Source: Eubacteriales bacterium
GTDB taxonomy: Bacteria > Bacillota > Clostridia > Oscillospirales > CAG-272
Assembly: GCA_045538895.1 (NCBI GenBank)
Contig: JAZQEH010000078.1
Location: 7,586 to 71,585 of the forward strand
DNA length: 64,000 nt
Direction: 5' to 3'
The translations under genes were made by a program, and so were the position numbers. Shown here piece by piece: positions 7,609 to 18,393 of this stretch (positions are counted from its first letter, which is position 1; each line of letters opens with the position of its first letter). The notes beneath the pieces were generated by a model. That model had not been told where the DNA came from. It saw only the letters and a list, made by a program, of their open reading frames with translations, and ran no database searches.

Positions 7609-10029
7609 TCAACCTCCAAAGGTTGTGCGTATTTGTTTGCCTGAGTTTATTTTAAGTACAGACTTTTTGCTTTTAGGCGTTTTTTTGTCTGCCGTTGTTG
7701 AGGGTGCTTTCTTTACAAGAGCGTTGTCGAGCACTTCGTACAATGTTTTACAGGGTATAAACTCCAGATGTGCACGTGCCTCTTCGTCTATTTTTTCCAA
7801 GTCCTTTATGTTGTCAAACGGAATAAGAACTGTTTTGATGCCGCAACTGTATGCAGCCATGGTTTTTTCTTTCAATCCGCCAATGGCAAGCGCTTTGCCT
7901 CTGAGGCTGAGTTCGCCCGTCATGGCAACATCCCGTTTTACAGGAGTCTTGGTCAAGGCACTTACAAGTGCAGTAACGATTGTTACGCCTGCACTCGGGC
8001 CGTCTTTGGGAACGGCTCCTTCGGGGAAGTGAATATGTATGTCCTTGGTTTTATAAAAATCTTTTTCGATGGAATACTCATCGGCGATTGAGCGAACGTA
8101 GCTTACCGCAAGTTGAGCGGATTCTTTCATCACGTCGCCAAGCGAGCCGGTAAGTTCAATCTTTCCGCTGCCTTCAAGTACCGCAACTTCAATTTTAAGC
8201 ATGTCGCCGCCAACAGAGGTATACGCAAGACCGTTGACTACGCCGATTTCATCGTTGTCGGCGAGTTTTTCGGGAATACATTTTCTTGCACCGAGATAAC
8301 CTTTGATGTCAGTGGCTTTTACGGTTACTTTTTCGGCACCCTCGATAAGTTCCTTGGTAGCTTTGCGGCAAAGGGAAGCGATTTCTCTTTCGAGGTTACG
8401 CACACCTGCTTCTGCGGTGTAATAATCAATTATTTCAGCCACGGCAGATTGTGAAATAGAAAGCTGTTTTTTGGTAAGACCGTGAATTTTCAACTGCTTG
8501 GGTATCAAATGGTTCTTTGCAATTTTAAACTTTTCGGTGCGTGTGTATGCATTAAGTTCAATTACCTCCATACGGTCAATAAGAGGGTGTGAAACTGTTT
8601 CAAGTGTGTTTGCAGTAGCGATAAATACACATTCAGAAAGGTCTATGGGCATTTCAACAAAATGGTCACGGAAGGACTTGTTCTGTTCGCTGTCCAATAC
8701 CTCAAGAAGTGCAGATGAAGGGTCGCCGTGTGCATCGCATGTAAGCTTGTCAATTTCATCGAGCAAGATCAACGGGTTCATAACTTTGACCTTCTGAAGA
8801 GCCGAAACGATACGTCCGGGCATTGCACCAACATACGTTTTTCTGTGTCCTCGGATGTCGGATTCATCACGGACACCGCCTAAAGAAACGCGGATGTATT
8901 TTCTGCCAAGTGCTTCTGCGATTGAAGAAGCGATAGAAGTTTTACCGACGCCGGGAGGGCCTACAAGACAGATAATTTGTCCGCCTTTTTTGCCGGAGAA
9001 TTGAGTTGAAGCGAGAAATTCGAGAATTCGTTCTTTTACGTCTGTCATACCGTCATGGTCACGGTCGAGAATTTCTTTTGCTTTATTTATATCACAAACA
9101 GTGTCGGTGTATTTGCCGAACGGAATCTCAAGACATTCTTCCAGATAGTTATGAAGTACGGTGCTTTCGGCAGAGCCAAACGGCGTTTTTGCAAGACGTG
9201 TAGCTTCTTTAACAAGTTTTTCGGCAACCTCTTCTGGGAGGTTCGCATCATCTATACGGTCAAAAAACTCATCAACTTCACTTTGGGCATCATCGCCAAG
9301 TTCGCTCTGTATTACTTTAATTTGCTCACGCAGATAGAAGTCACGCTGATTGCTGTCAAGCTTTGCACGGACTTTTTTGTGAATATCCATTTCACAACGC
9401 AGAATTTCTTCTTCACGTTCAAGCAATGTCAGTATTTCTGCGAGTCGTACAATGGGGTCGAACTGTTCAAGTATGTCCTGCTTGTCCTCAAAACGGATAA
9501 GAATGTTAGCGGCAATGAAATCCGCAAGAAGCTCGGGGCTTTTTATATTGCGTGCTGCATAGATCATTTCATCCGAAATTTTCGGCATGAGTGACGTTAC
9601 ACTTTCAAGTGCGGAAAGTGCCTGACGCATGAGAGCCTTTGAGTAGGTGTCGTCTTCTGCTTCAATAACCTCAATGCGCTGTGCATATGCAGACAAATAC
9701 TTGCCGTTATCGGTGTATTGAAGAACAGATGCACGGGAAACGCCCTCAAGAATCACACGCACGTTACCTTCATTTGTTTTTACCGATTGTTTGATTTTTG
9801 CTACCGTACCAACGGTGAAGAGGTCGTCGGGGGTGGGTTTCTCTATTGAAATGTCCTTTTGAGCAATCAGAAAAATATAGCCGCCGATACGTTCTGCTGC
9901 ACGAACAGCGTTTATTGATTTGCTGCGTGCCACCTCAATGCTCATCGGGATGGAGGGAAACGCAACCATTCCACGCAAGGGAATAACGGGCAGCTCTGTG
10001 GTTTCGTTTGTATTAGGGGAAAAAGCCAT
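7609..10029 (-). CDS. lon: ATP-dependent Lon protease (LonA)
   Basis: LON N-domain, Walker A GPPGVGKTS and protease motif PKDGPSAG. Start chosen at MAFSPNT..LPVIPLRG (ATG at 10029). Confidence 0.97.
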   Translation of the reverse strand: MAFSPNTNETTELPVIPLRGMVAFPSIPMSIEVARSKSINAVRAAERIGGYIFLIAQKDISIEKPTPDDLFTVGTVAKIKQSVKTNEGNVRVILEGVSRASVLQYTDNGKYLSAYAQRIEVIEAEDDTYSKALMRQALSALESVTSLMPKISDEMIYAARNIKSPELLADFIAANILIRFEDKQDILEQFDPIVRLAEILTLLEREEEILRCEMDIHKKVRAKLDSNQRDFYLREQIKVIQSELGDDAQSEVDEFFDRIDDANLPEEVAEKLVKEATRLAKTPFGSAESTVLHNYLEECLEIPFGKYTDTVCDINKAKEILDRDHDGMTDVKERILEFLASTQFSGKKGGQIICLVGPPGVGKTSIASSIAEALGRKYIRVSLGGVRDESDIRGHRKTYVGAMPGRIVSALQKVKVMNPLILLDEIDKLTCDAHGDPSSALLEVLDSEQNKSFRDHFVEMPIDLSECVFIATANTLETVSHPLIDRMEVIELNAYTRTEKFKIAKNHLIPKQLKIHGLTKKQLSISQSAVAEIIDYYTAEAGVRNLEREIASLCRKATKELIEGAEKVTVKATDIKGYLGARKCIPEKLADNDEIGVVNGLAYTSVGGDMLKIEVAVLEGSGKIELTGSLGDVMKESAQLAVSYVRSIADEYSIEKDFYKTKDIHIHFPEGAVPKDGPSAGVTIVTALVSALTKTPVKRDVAMTGELSLRGKALAIGGLKEKTMAAYSCGIKTVLIPFDNIKDLEKIDEEARAHLEFIPCKTLYEVLDNALVKKAPSTTADKKTPKSKKSVLKINSGKQIRTTFGG

Positions 10030-10203
10030 TTTATAAAATTTGCGAAAAAATATAGTCGCAATCCTTTCATTAAACAATAATACTTCAATTTTACATTATA
10101 GCATACTTTATGTTTAATTTCTATAGTAAAAGCGAAAAAATATTGAAAAATCAAGTGAAAAGTGCGTGAAATTTTGAAAAAATAAAAAAAATAGTAAAAA
10201 CGC

Positions 10204-10232
10204 TTGACAAATCGGAAAAGGCATGGTATTAT
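10204..10232 (+). promoter_or_regulatory. Sigma-A-type promoter of the infC-rpmI-rplT operon
   Basis: TTGACA (10204-10209), 17-nt spacer, then TGgTATTAT extended -10 (10224-10232). Confidence 0.6.
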
Positions 10233-10239
10233 TTTTGAG

Positions 10240-10380
10240 TACAACAAAGAAGAACAAACTCCGTTCTCACCCGATAGCAACTTGGCGGTCGTGGTTAATA
10301 CATTTGCTACATATATAGTGTGGCTTGTTTGTGTGCGGAGAGTTTTTCTTCGCATTTTTCATTTTTTGGAGGTGTTTTTC
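10240..10380 (+). ncRNA. Ribosomal-protein L20 leader-like 5' UTR with an attenuator hairpin
   Basis: About 140-nt untranslated leader between the promoter and infC. A GCGGAGA/TCTTCGC stem followed by T-runs sits just before the RBS, in the position where Firmicute L20 leaders occur. Confidence 0.5.
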
Positions 10381-10899
10381 ATTAGCACAAAGGATACTAC
10401 GCTGATTAATGATGATATCAGAGCCAAAGAAGTACGAGTAATCGGAGCAGACGGAGAGCAGATTGGAATTCTCCCGCTTGCAGATGCAAAAGAACTTGCT
10501 TATGACAAGGGGCTTGACCTTGTATTGCTTTCTCCCCAGGCTGAACCGCCTGTTTGCCGTATAATGGATTACGGTAAGTACCGTTTCGAAAAAGAAAAGA
10601 AACAAAAGGAAGCAAAAAAGAAGCAGCAGATAGTTAAAGTTAAAGAAATTCAGCTTTCCTGCAGAATTGATACTCATGACTTTGAAACACGTGCGAATCA
10701 CGCACGCAAGTTCCTTGAGGGCGGCGATAAGGTTAAAGTTATTGTACGTTTTAAGGGACGCGAGATGGCACATCAGGATATCGGTCGTGCAATGCTTGAA
10801 AAATTCATTGCAGCTTGTGCTGATGTTGGTGCATCCGAAAAGGGAATCTCCCTTGATGGCAGATTTATGTCAACAATTATTGCACCTAGCAAAAAGTAA
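10381..10899 (+). CDS. infC: Translation initiation factor IF-3, ATT start codon
   Basis: GGAGG at 10368-10372, then an in-frame ATT at 10381. The protein (ISTKDTTLINDDIRAKEVRVIGADGEQ...) has the normal IF-3 N-terminus. IF-3 genes classically use a non-canonical start. Confidence 0.92.
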   Translation: MSTKDTTLINDDIRAKEVRVIGADGEQIGILPLADAKELAYDKGLDLVLLSPQAEPPVCRIMDYGKYRFEKEKKQKEAKKKQQIVKVKEIQLSCRIDTHDFETRANHARKFLEGGDKVKVIVRFKGREMAHQDIGRAMLEKFIAACADVGASEKGISLDGRFMSTIIAPSKK

Positions 10900-10958
10900 A
10901 TTATAAGTTCTTTGTGAATTTATATAAAACAGTTAATACTGAAAAAGGAGATATAACC

Positions 10959-11153
10959 ATGGGAAAGATTAAGACACATAAGGCGTCGGCTAAGAGATTT
11001 AGCGTTACCGGCGGCGGAAAAGTAAAAATGAATCATTCGCAGCATCGCCACAAGCTCGGCATTAAGACTGCAAAGCGTAAGAGAAGCCTTCGTAAGGGTG
11101 CATATCTTAGCACTTCGATGGCTCCCACCATCAAGGCACTTATTCAGAAGTAA
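10959..11153 (+). CDS. rpmI: 50S ribosomal protein L35
   Basis: MGKIKTHKASAKRF..., with RBS AAGGAG upstream of the ATG at 10959. Confidence 0.95.
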   Translation: MGKIKTHKASAKRFSVTGGGKVKMNHSQHRHKLGIKTAKRKRSLRKGAYLSTSMAPTIKALIQK

Positions 11154-11194
11154 TTGCCGGATTTAAAATTTAGTAATTTGGAGGATTAGATAAA

Positions 11195-11548
11195 ATGGCA
11201 AGAGTTAAGGGCGCTATGATGACGCGCAAGAGAAGAAAGAGTGTACTTAAGGCTGCTAAGGGCTATTGGGGTGCAAAGAGCAAGCACTTCAAGATGGCGA
11301 AGCAGGCCGTTCTCAAGAGCGGTAACTATGCTTTCGCCGGCAGAAAGATGAAGAAGAGAGACATGCGTTCTCTTTGGATCACAAGAATTTCCGCACAGGC
11401 AAAGGTTTGCGGTATGAACTATTCCACACTTATGCACGGTCTTAAGAAGGCTGGCATTGACCTCAACAGAAAGATGCTTGCTGAGATCGCTGTTTATGAC
11501 AAGGAAGCATTTGCAGCAATCGCAGAAAAAGCTAAAGCTGCACTTTAA
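11195..11548 (+). CDS. rplT: 50S ribosomal protein L20
   Basis: [29 protein letters not shown]... is a canonical L20 sequence. Confidence 0.97.
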   Translation: MARVKGAMMTRKRRKSVLKAAKGYWGAKSKHFKMAKQAVLKSGNYAFAGRKMKKRDMRSLWITRISAQAKVCGMNYSTLMHGLKKAGIDLNRKMLAEIAVYDKEAFAAIAEKAKAAL

Positions 11549-11558
11549 TTACGAAATA

Positions 11559-11584
11559 AAAACCCGGTATATACCGGGTTTTTA
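11559..11584 (+). terminator. Rho-independent terminator after rplT
   Basis: Perfect palindrome AACCCGGTAT/ATACCGGGTT followed by TTTTT. Confidence 0.8.
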
Positions 11585-11607
11585 GCGTTTTAATGGGAGT
11601 TTTATTA

Positions 11608-12435
11608 ATGCAGGGATTGACATATATAAGCAGTAAAAACAACCCTCTTGTCCAAAAATATGCAAAGCTTTCGGATAAGAAATACCGAGAGAGAGAAAAA
11701 CTGTTTTTGATAGAAGGTGCAAAGCTTTTCGCCGAAGCGGTAGAGTGCAGTGCCGACATTGAAGCGGTACTGTTTTGCGAGGGCAAGAATAATAAAATTG
11801 CATCGCAAACATATGATAAAATGGTAAGTGATAAAAAATACAGTGATGTTGTGTCGCTTACCCTTTCTGAAGGTGCCTTTTCTAAAATAACCTCGGAAAA
11901 ATCTCCCGAAGGCGTAATATGTGTTATAAAATATCTTGACAATTTGAAATTTTATAATAAAATAGAAAAGAATGATGCTGAAAAGCTTGGTGGCGAGAAA
12001 ATAATGCTACTGTATTCGTTGCGGGACCCCGGTAATGTGGGAACGGTTGTGCGTAGTGCGGCGGCATTCGGTTTTGACAGGTTGATTGTCAGCGGCGATA
12101 CTGCTGATGTATATAACTCAAAGACCATGCGGGCTTCAATGGGGGCTTTCTTCAAAATGAAAATAGATTTTGTTGATGATTTTTGCTCTGTTGTGGATGC
12201 GTTAAGGCAAGCCGGCAGGAGAGTTTTTTGTGCCGAACTGCGTGACGGCGCGAAGTCGCTTGATGAAATCGAAGTTTCAAAAGAGGATTGTTTTATAATC
12301 GGTAACGAGGGACACGGGATAGATGTTGAAGTGTCAAAAAAATGCACTGCGAGCGTTTATATACCGATTGCTCCCGATTCAGAGTCGCTTAATGCAGCAA
12401 TTGCCGCATCGATTTTAGCATTTAATCAAAGATAA
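11608..12435 (+). CDS. TrmH/SpoU-family RNA 2'-O-methyltransferase
   Basis: SPOUT motifs LRDPGNVGTVVRSA, IIGNEGHGI and ESLNAAIAASI. The ATG at 11608 has GGGAG 8 nt upstream; 11593 is an alternative start. Confidence 0.85.
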   Translation: MQGLTYISSKNNPLVQKYAKLSDKKYREREKLFLIEGAKLFAEAVECSADIEAVLFCEGKNNKIASQTYDKMVSDKKYSDVVSLTLSEGAFSKITSEKSPEGVICVIKYLDNLKFYNKIEKNDAEKLGGEKIMLLYSLRDPGNVGTVVRSAAAFGFDRLIVSGDTADVYNSKTMRASMGAFFKMKIDFVDDFCSVVDALRQAGRRVFCAELRDGAKSLDEIEVSKEDCFIIGNEGHGIDVEVSKKCTASVYIPIAPDSESLNAAIAASILAFNQR

Positions 12436-12451
12436 TTTTGGAGGTGGATTT

Positions 12452-13708
12452 ATGAGTGAGAGTTTGTATTGGACGTGGCTTTCATTAAAACTTGGTGATG
12501 CGAGTCCATATCTCAATTCACTCGTTTCAAGGTATTCGTCTCCCAAAGAACTTTATGATGCCGATTCTGGAGAGATACTTTCGCTTGAAAAAATTCCCGA
12601 ATCGGTCAAGACCCGACTTCTTGATAAAAATCTTGACAGGGCAAAACGTATTATCGACGATTGCAAAAATGAAGGTATCGGCATTATGACGTATGCGGAT
12701 CCACGCTATCCTCGCATATTGAAATATACCAGCAATCCGCCGGCTGTACTGTATTTTAAAGGACAGCCGATAGATTTTGACCATAGGTTCTGCGTTGCCG
12801 TTGTAGGTACCCGTGAAATGAGTGACTATGGCAGAGATATGGCATACAGATTCGCTTATGAACTTGCTTCTGCCGGTGCTATAGTTGTCAGCGGAATGGC
12901 ACTCGGTGTAGACGGTATGGCAGCGGCAGGCGCACTTGATGCACAGGCACCTACGGTTGCTGTGCTTGGCGGCGGTGCAGACGTCATATATCCAAAGGTT
13001 CATAAAAAGTTATATTCAAGCATATTGAAAGACGGTTTGATTTTGAGCGAGTATCCGCCCGGTGCGATATCGGACGGCCGGCATTTTCCCAAACGCAACC
13101 GCATTATAAGCGGACTTGCACGCTGCACATTTGTGATAGAATGCCCGAATCCAAGCGGAGCGTTGATAACCGCAGAAAACGCATCGCTTCAGGGTAGACC
13201 GGTATTTGCAATTCCCGGTGCTTTGGATATGCCAAACAGTGTAGGAACCAATCTTTTAATCAAAAACGGTGCCAGAATGGTTACTTCGGTAGAAGATATT
13301 ATCGGTGCTTTTGAACATTCGGCTTTTCCGGATCTTGACATCAGTGCTATAGGTTCGATGAGGTACGATTCGAAAAAAGCGGCAAACCGTTACGGTGTAG
13401 AGTCGAAAAAGGATAGCCGTAAAATCATTCGCATAAAATCCAACACTCACGATGAGAATGACTATACGGAGCCTGCATATGCACTTGGATTTGATAAAGA
13501 GCAAAAGCAAAGTCAAGGCGAATTTGCAACGCTTTCTCCTCCCGAGAAAAAGATATACGACTGTATTCCCGAGCAAGGCGAAGCAAGTATGGATTTGCTT
13601 ATAGCCGCAAGCGGACAAAGCATACAGGATGTTACCATGCATTTGTTTTCATTAACCTTGAAAAATGCGGTAATTGAGTTACCCGGTAACAGATACCGCA
13701 GAACATAA
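12452..13708 (+). CDS. dprA: DNA processing protein DprA (Smf)
   Basis: VAVVGTREMSDYG, SGMALGVDGMAAAGAL and FPKRNRIISGL Rossmann-fold DprA motifs. The dprA-topA-trmFO synteny is present. Confidence 0.9.
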   Translation: MSESLYWTWLSLKLGDASPYLNSLVSRYSSPKELYDADSGEILSLEKIPESVKTRLLDKNLDRAKRIIDDCKNEGIGIMTYADPRYPRILKYTSNPPAVLYFKGQPIDFDHRFCVAVVGTREMSDYGRDMAYRFAYELASAGAIVVSGMALGVDGMAAAGALDAQAPTVAVLGGGADVIYPKVHKKLYSSILKDGLILSEYPPGAISDGRHFPKRNRIISGLARCTFVIECPNPSGALITAENASLQGRPVFAIPGALDMPNSVGTNLLIKNGARMVTSVEDIIGAFEHSAFPDLDISAIGSMRYDSKKAANRYGVESKKDSRKIIRIKSNTHDENDYTEPAYALGFDKEQKQSQGEFATLSPPEKKIYDCIPEQGEASMDLLIAASGQSIQDVTMHLFSLTLKNAVIELPGNRYRRT

Positions 13709-13742
13709 AAATGAAAGGGACTGCAACTTGCAGTATTTAAAT

Positions 13743-16025
13743 ATGGCAAATTTAGTAATAGTGGAATCACCCGCCAAGGCGAGTACAATTAAAAGCTATC
13801 TTGGAAGCAATTATAAAGTAGTTGCTTCTAAAGGTCATGTACGTGACCTTCCTAAGAGTACTCTTGGCGTAGATATAGAGAATAATTTCGAAGCGCATTA
13901 TATTAATATCCGTGGCAAGGGCGATTTGATTAAAGCTCTTAAGAAAGATGCAAAAGCTGCAGGAAAAGTTTTCCTCGCATCCGACCCTGACCGTGAGGGA
14001 GAGGCGATTTCGTGGCATCTTGCAACCGCACTTGGAATTCCTGCAGAAAAATGCTACAGAGTAGCATTCAATGAGATTACAAAAGCTGCAATTAAGGAAG
14101 CAATCAAAAATCCGAGAGAGATTGATGAGGCGCTTGTTAATTCACAGCAGGCACGCCGTATTCTTGACAGAATTGTTGGCTATAAGATTAGCCCGTTCCT
14201 TTGGAAGAGCGTAAAAAGCGGTCTTTCTGGCGGTAGAGTTCAATCGGTTGCTACGAGAATAATTGTAGACCGTGAGGCTGAAATCAAGGCTTTCGTTCCC
14301 AAGGAATACTGGACGGTTGATGCTTTACTTGTCACAGGTGAGAACAGCCTTGTAAAAGCAAGACTTGTTGGCAAGGGCAAGACAAAAATTGCGCTTTCTT
14401 CAAAGTCTGACGTTGATACTGTGATTGCTGAAATCGGAAACAGTGATTTTCGTTGTGTAAGCGTTAAAAAGGTTGCGAAGACTAAGCAGCCTACTCCGCC
14501 TTTCACCACTTCTACCATGCAGCAGGAAGCCTCCAGAAAACTTAATTTCCAGTCACAGAGAATAATGCGTGTTGCACAGGAACTTTATGAAGGTGTTAAT
14601 ATCGGTTCCGAAAACGGCGGTGTACAAGGTCTTATCACCTACATGCGTACAGACTCGCTTCGCATTTCTACCGATGCGCAGAATGCGGCACTTGAGTTGA
14701 TCGAAGAAAAGTACGGCAAGAATTATTGTCCGTCCCGTCCCCGTGTGTATAAGACAAAGGCAAATGCACAGGACGCGCACGAAGCCATAAGACCTGCAAA
14801 CGTTAAGATCGAGCCTGCCGCAATTCGCAAGTATTTGTCTGCAGATCAGTATAAGCTTTATAAACTGATTTGGGACAGATTTGTTGCAAGCCAGATGGCT
14901 TCTGCTGTGTTTGACACCGAAACTGTTGAATTTGATGCAAACGGCTATACCTTCCGCACGAGCGGTTATACTGTTAAATTCCAAGGCTATATGGCAGTTT
15001 ATGAAGAGTCTTTGGACGAAACTGCAAAGCAGGACAGCGATGAGGTTGGAAACAATGAAAAACTGCCTGTAATCAACGAAAAAGATTTGCTTAAGCGTAA
15101 GGACTACGATAATGCTCAGCACTACACAGAGGCACCTCCGCGCTTTAACGAAGCTTCGCTTATCAAATTCATGGAAGAAAAGGGAATTGGCCGCCCCAGC
15201 ACATATACTCCTATTATCACAACAATAATTGCCCGTAATTATGTTGCACGTGAGGGAAGATCGCTTGTGCCTACGCATCTTGGTGAAGTCACAACTAAGC
15301 TTATGGTTGAGAATTTCCCCGAGGTAGTTGACTATGAGTTTACTGCACAGATGGAGGATAAGCTTGACGGTATTGCACGTGGCGATAGCACTGTTGAGGG
15401 GGTTCTCGGTGATTTCTACGTAGGTTTCTCGAAATCGCTTGAGGCTGCGAACGAGAATCTCAACGCCGGTAACATTGAAGTTGCTGCTGAGGAAACTGAT
15501 ATTGTCTGTGACAAGTGCGGAAGTATTATGGTGGTTAAAAATGGCCGATTCGGCCGTTTTGCCGCATGTCCCAATTATCCTAACTGTAAGAATACCAAGC
15601 CGCTTACAAAGCCGGAGGAAGAGGAACAAAAGGAGAAAAAAGCTCCCGTTGTTGCTGATTTTAAGTGTGAACTCTGCGGTGGCGATATGGTACTGCGTAC
15701 AGGAAAATACGGCAGCTTTTATGCTTGTGCAAATTATCCTAAATGTAAGTTTACCAAACAGAGGGTAAAGGATATCGGTGTAGCATGCCCTAAATGCGGA
15801 GCAAAGATGGTTTCAAAAATGGGCAGAAGCAGAACGGTGTTCTATAGCTGTGAGCGTTATCCTGAATGTGATTTCTCTACATGGGATATGCCTACAAATG
15901 AGAAATGTCCTGATTGCGGGAAAATGCTTTTCCGTAAAAAGGGCAAGGATTTATATGTTTGTCAGGACAAAGAGTGCGGATATAAGGCCGATGCCCCCGC
16001 AATTGTACCGACAGAGGAGAATTAA
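13743..16025 (+). CDS. topA: DNA topoisomerase I with four C-terminal zinc ribbons
   Basis: MANLVIVESPAKA, Toprim DPDREGEAISWH, and active-site region ITYMRTDS. Four CxxC...CxxC ribbons at the C-terminus. Confidence 0.97.
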   Translation: MANLVIVESPAKASTIKSYLGSNYKVVASKGHVRDLPKSTLGVDIENNFEAHYINIRGKGDLIKALKKDAKAAGKVFLASDPDREGEAISWHLATALGIPAEKCYRVAFNEITKAAIKEAIKNPREIDEALVNSQQARRILDRIVGYKISPFLWKSVKSGLSGGRVQSVATRIIVDREAEIKAFVPKEYWTVDALLVTGENSLVKARLVGKGKTKIALSSKSDVDTVIAEIGNSDFRCVSVKKVAKTKQPTPPFTTSTMQQEASRKLNFQSQRIMRVAQELYEGVNIGSENGGVQGLITYMRTDSLRISTDAQNAALELIEEKYGKNYCPSRPRVYKTKANAQDAHEAIRPANVKIEPAAIRKYLSADQYKLYKLIWDRFVASQMASAVFDTETVEFDANGYTFRTSGYTVKFQGYMAVYEESLDETAKQDSDEVGNNEKLPVINEKDLLKRKDYDNAQHYTEAPPRFNEASLIKFMEEKGIGRPSTYTPIITTIIARNYVAREGRSLVPTHLGEVTTKLMVENFPEVVDYEFTAQMEDKLDGIARGDSTVEGVLGDFYVGFSKSLEAANENLNAGNIEVAAEETDIVCDKCGSIMVVKNGRFGRFAACPNYPNCKNTKPLTKPEEEEQKEKKAPVVADFKCELCGGDMVLRTGKYGSFYACANYPKCKFTKQRVKDIGVACPKCGAKMVSKMGRSRTVFYSCERYPECDFSTWDMPTNEKCPDCGKMLFRKKGKDLYVCQDKECGYKADAPAIVPTEEN

Positions 16026-17363
16026 TTGAAACAGATCAACGTTATCGGTGCCGGACTTGCAGGCTGTGAAGCAGCCTGGCAAGCCGCCGAACGCGGTGTA
16101 AAGGTTCGCCTTTATGAAATGAAACCGCAAAAGTACTCACCGGCACATCACAATGAGAATTTTGCCGAGCTTGTTTGCTCAAATTCTTTGCGTTCCAACG
16201 TTTTGTCAAATGCGGTGGGACTATTGAAGGAAGAAATGAAAATGCTCGGCTCTCTTGTTATTGAGGCTGCATATGCTACGGAAGTGCCTGCAGGAAGCGC
16301 GCTTGCGGTTGACCGTGTGAAGTTTTCGGAATATATAACCGATAGAATTAAAAATCATCCTAACATAGAAGTTATTGAGGGAGAGGTTTGCGAGATTCCG
16401 AAAGGCGAAATTACAGTTGTTGCATCGGGACCTCTTACATCAGATGCACTTTCTCAGAATATCAGTGAGAGAATAGGATGCTCAAAGCTTCACTTTTTTG
16501 ATGCAGCCGCACCTATTGTTGATTTTTCAAGCATCAATATGGATGTTGCGTTTTTTGCATCAAGATATGGCAAAGGAGAAGCATCGTACATAAATTGTCC
16601 CATGACAAAAGAGCAGTACGATGTTTTTTACAACGAGCTTATAAATGCAAGAGAAGCGGAACTTAAGGATTTTGACAAGGATTCTCAAAAGGATCTAACT
16701 GTATTTGAGGGATGTATGCCTGTTGAAGTCATGGCAAAACGCGGCTATGAAACGCTGCTTTTTGGACCTCTTAAACCGGTTGGACTGCCGTTACCTTCAA
16801 CCGGCAAGGACGCTTATGCCGTTGTGCAGCTTCGTCAGGATAATGCAGAGGGGACGATGTTCAACATGGTAGGCTTTCAGACGCATCTTGCTTTTGGAGA
16901 ACAAAAAAGAGTGTTTTCAATGATACCCGGACTTGAAAATGCCGAGTTTATCAGATACGGTGTAATGCATAGGAATACTTATCTTAATTCTCCCGGATTG
17001 CTTTCCGAGGTTTATTCGGTAGTGAATGAGCCGGAGTTATTTTTCGCCGGACAAATGACTGGTGTAGAGGGGTATGTAGAATCTGCTGCTTCCGGTTTAC
17101 TTGCCGGTATCAATGCGGCAATGACCGCTTTAGAGCGTGACCGCGTTGTTTTCCCGAGAGAAACTGTGATCGGCGCTATGGCGAATTACGTTGCACATGG
17201 CGGCACGGGAGCTTTTCAGCCTATGAATGCTAATTTCGGTATAGTAGCTCCGCTTGAACATAGAGTAAAAGGCGGTAAAAGGGCTAAAAACGAGGCACTT
17301 GCGGCACGTTCACTTGAGATTATTTCGCATTTTTGCGAATGCTTTAAACAAGGTGTGAATTAA
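16026..17363 (+). CDS. trmFO: Methylenetetrahydrofolate--tRNA-(uracil54-C5)-methyltransferase TrmFO (Gid)
   Basis: The TTG start abuts the topA TAA, with GAGGAG 6 nt upstream. [19 protein letters not shown]-binding N-terminus. Confidence 0.95.
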   Translation: MKQINVIGAGLAGCEAAWQAAERGVKVRLYEMKPQKYSPAHHNENFAELVCSNSLRSNVLSNAVGLLKEEMKMLGSLVIEAAYATEVPAGSALAVDRVKFSEYITDRIKNHPNIEVIEGEVCEIPKGEITVVASGPLTSDALSQNISERIGCSKLHFFDAAAPIVDFSSINMDVAFFASRYGKGEASYINCPMTKEQYDVFYNELINAREAELKDFDKDSQKDLTVFEGCMPVEVMAKRGYETLLFGPLKPVGLPLPSTGKDAYAVVQLRQDNAEGTMFNMVGFQTHLAFGEQKRVFSMIPGLENAEFIRYGVMHRNTYLNSPGLLSEVYSVVNEPELFFAGQMTGVEGYVESAASGLLAGINAAMTALERDRVVFPRETVIGAMANYVAHGGTGAFQPMNANFGIVAPLEHRVKGGKRAKNEALAARSLEIISHFCECFKQGVN

Positions 17364-18373
17364 TGAAAATTATTATTGATGTAATGAGCGGCGACAATGC
17401 TCCTCTCGAACTTGTAAAAGGAGCGGTATTGGCTCGCAAGCAGTACGGTGTAGATATTGTTGCCGTTGGCGATGAAAGTATTATTAAAAACATTGCCGAA
17501 AAAGAGTCGCTTAACCTTGACGGTATTGAAATTGTCAATACAAATACAGTAATTAATATGGAAGATGATGCTATGAGCGTGGTTCGTGCAAAGAAGGATT
17601 CTTCCATGTCTGTCGGTTTGCAAATGCTTTCAAACGGTGATGGCGATGCTTTTGTAAGTGCAGGGAACACAGGTGCATTAATTGCCGGTGCAACGTTGCT
17701 TGTTCGCCGTATCAAGGGAATAAAGCGTGCTGCGATAGGCACTGTTCTTCCGTTTGATACTCCCGTACTTTTGCTTGACAGCGGTGCAAATCTTGACATT
17801 GACGAAAAAACGCTTGAACAGTTTGCACTTATGGGTGCCGCCTATATGGAAAACCTTTATTCGATTGACAAAGCACGTGTAGGCCTTTTGAACAACGGCA
17901 CAGAGTCAACCAAAGGTACTGCTCTTTACAGAAGTGCAAATGAACTTTTGAGCACCTCAACCAATATAAATTTTGTTGGTAATGTCGAGGCTAAAGAACT
18001 GCCGTTCGGTGCGTGTGATGTTATCGTTTGCGACGGGTTTACTGGCAACATCTTGCTTAAATCGATAGAGGGAATGGGCAAGTTTTTCATGAAAACACTT
18101 AAAAATGTTTTTTATGAGAATATTATTACAAAGATTTCGGCATTGCTTGTCAAAGGTAAAATCGGTACTGTTAAAAAGCAGTTTGATTCGTCAGAACATG
18201 GCGGCGCGCCTTTACTTGGTATATCAAAGCCAGTTTTCAAGGCACACGGCTCTTCTGATGCTCGTGCGGTTATGAATGCGGTTCGTCAGGCGAAGAATTT
18301 TGTCGAAACAGGCGTTATTGACGATATTACGGCTTATGTCGAAAAGATTAAAGATTGTGAGAACAGCAAGTAA
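17363..18373 (+). CDS. plsX: Phosphate acyltransferase PlsX
   Basis: [22 protein letters not shown] and DGFTGNILLK. TAATG overlap with trmFO. Confidence 0.95.
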   Translation: MKIIIDVMSGDNAPLELVKGAVLARKQYGVDIVAVGDESIIKNIAEKESLNLDGIEIVNTNTVINMEDDAMSVVRAKKDSSMSVGLQMLSNGDGDAFVSAGNTGALIAGATLLVRRIKGIKRAAIGTVLPFDTPVLLLDSGANLDIDEKTLEQFALMGAAYMENLYSIDKARVGLLNNGTESTKGTALYRSANELLSTSTNINFVGNVEAKELPFGACDVIVCDGFTGNILLKSIEGMGKFFMKTLKNVFYENIITKISALLVKGKIGTVKKQFDSSEHGGAPLLGISKPVFKAHGSSDARAVMNAVRQAKNFVETGVIDDITAYVEKIKDCENSK

Positions 18374-18393
18374 AATTAAAAGGAGGTATGTAT

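Noticed and set aside
10204-10380. 5'-extended ORF-track starts: infC from 10204, topA from 13674, sigE from 38112, gltX from 49593, nadD from 24480, lysC to 33985, rluB to 2675, lon to 10077, rpsU from 30383, rpmI from 10914.
   Set aside because: The extensions overlap upstream genes, promoters or terminators. They lack RBSs and add residues not seen at family N-termini. Internal starts with proper Shine-Dalgarno spacing give canonical N-termini.
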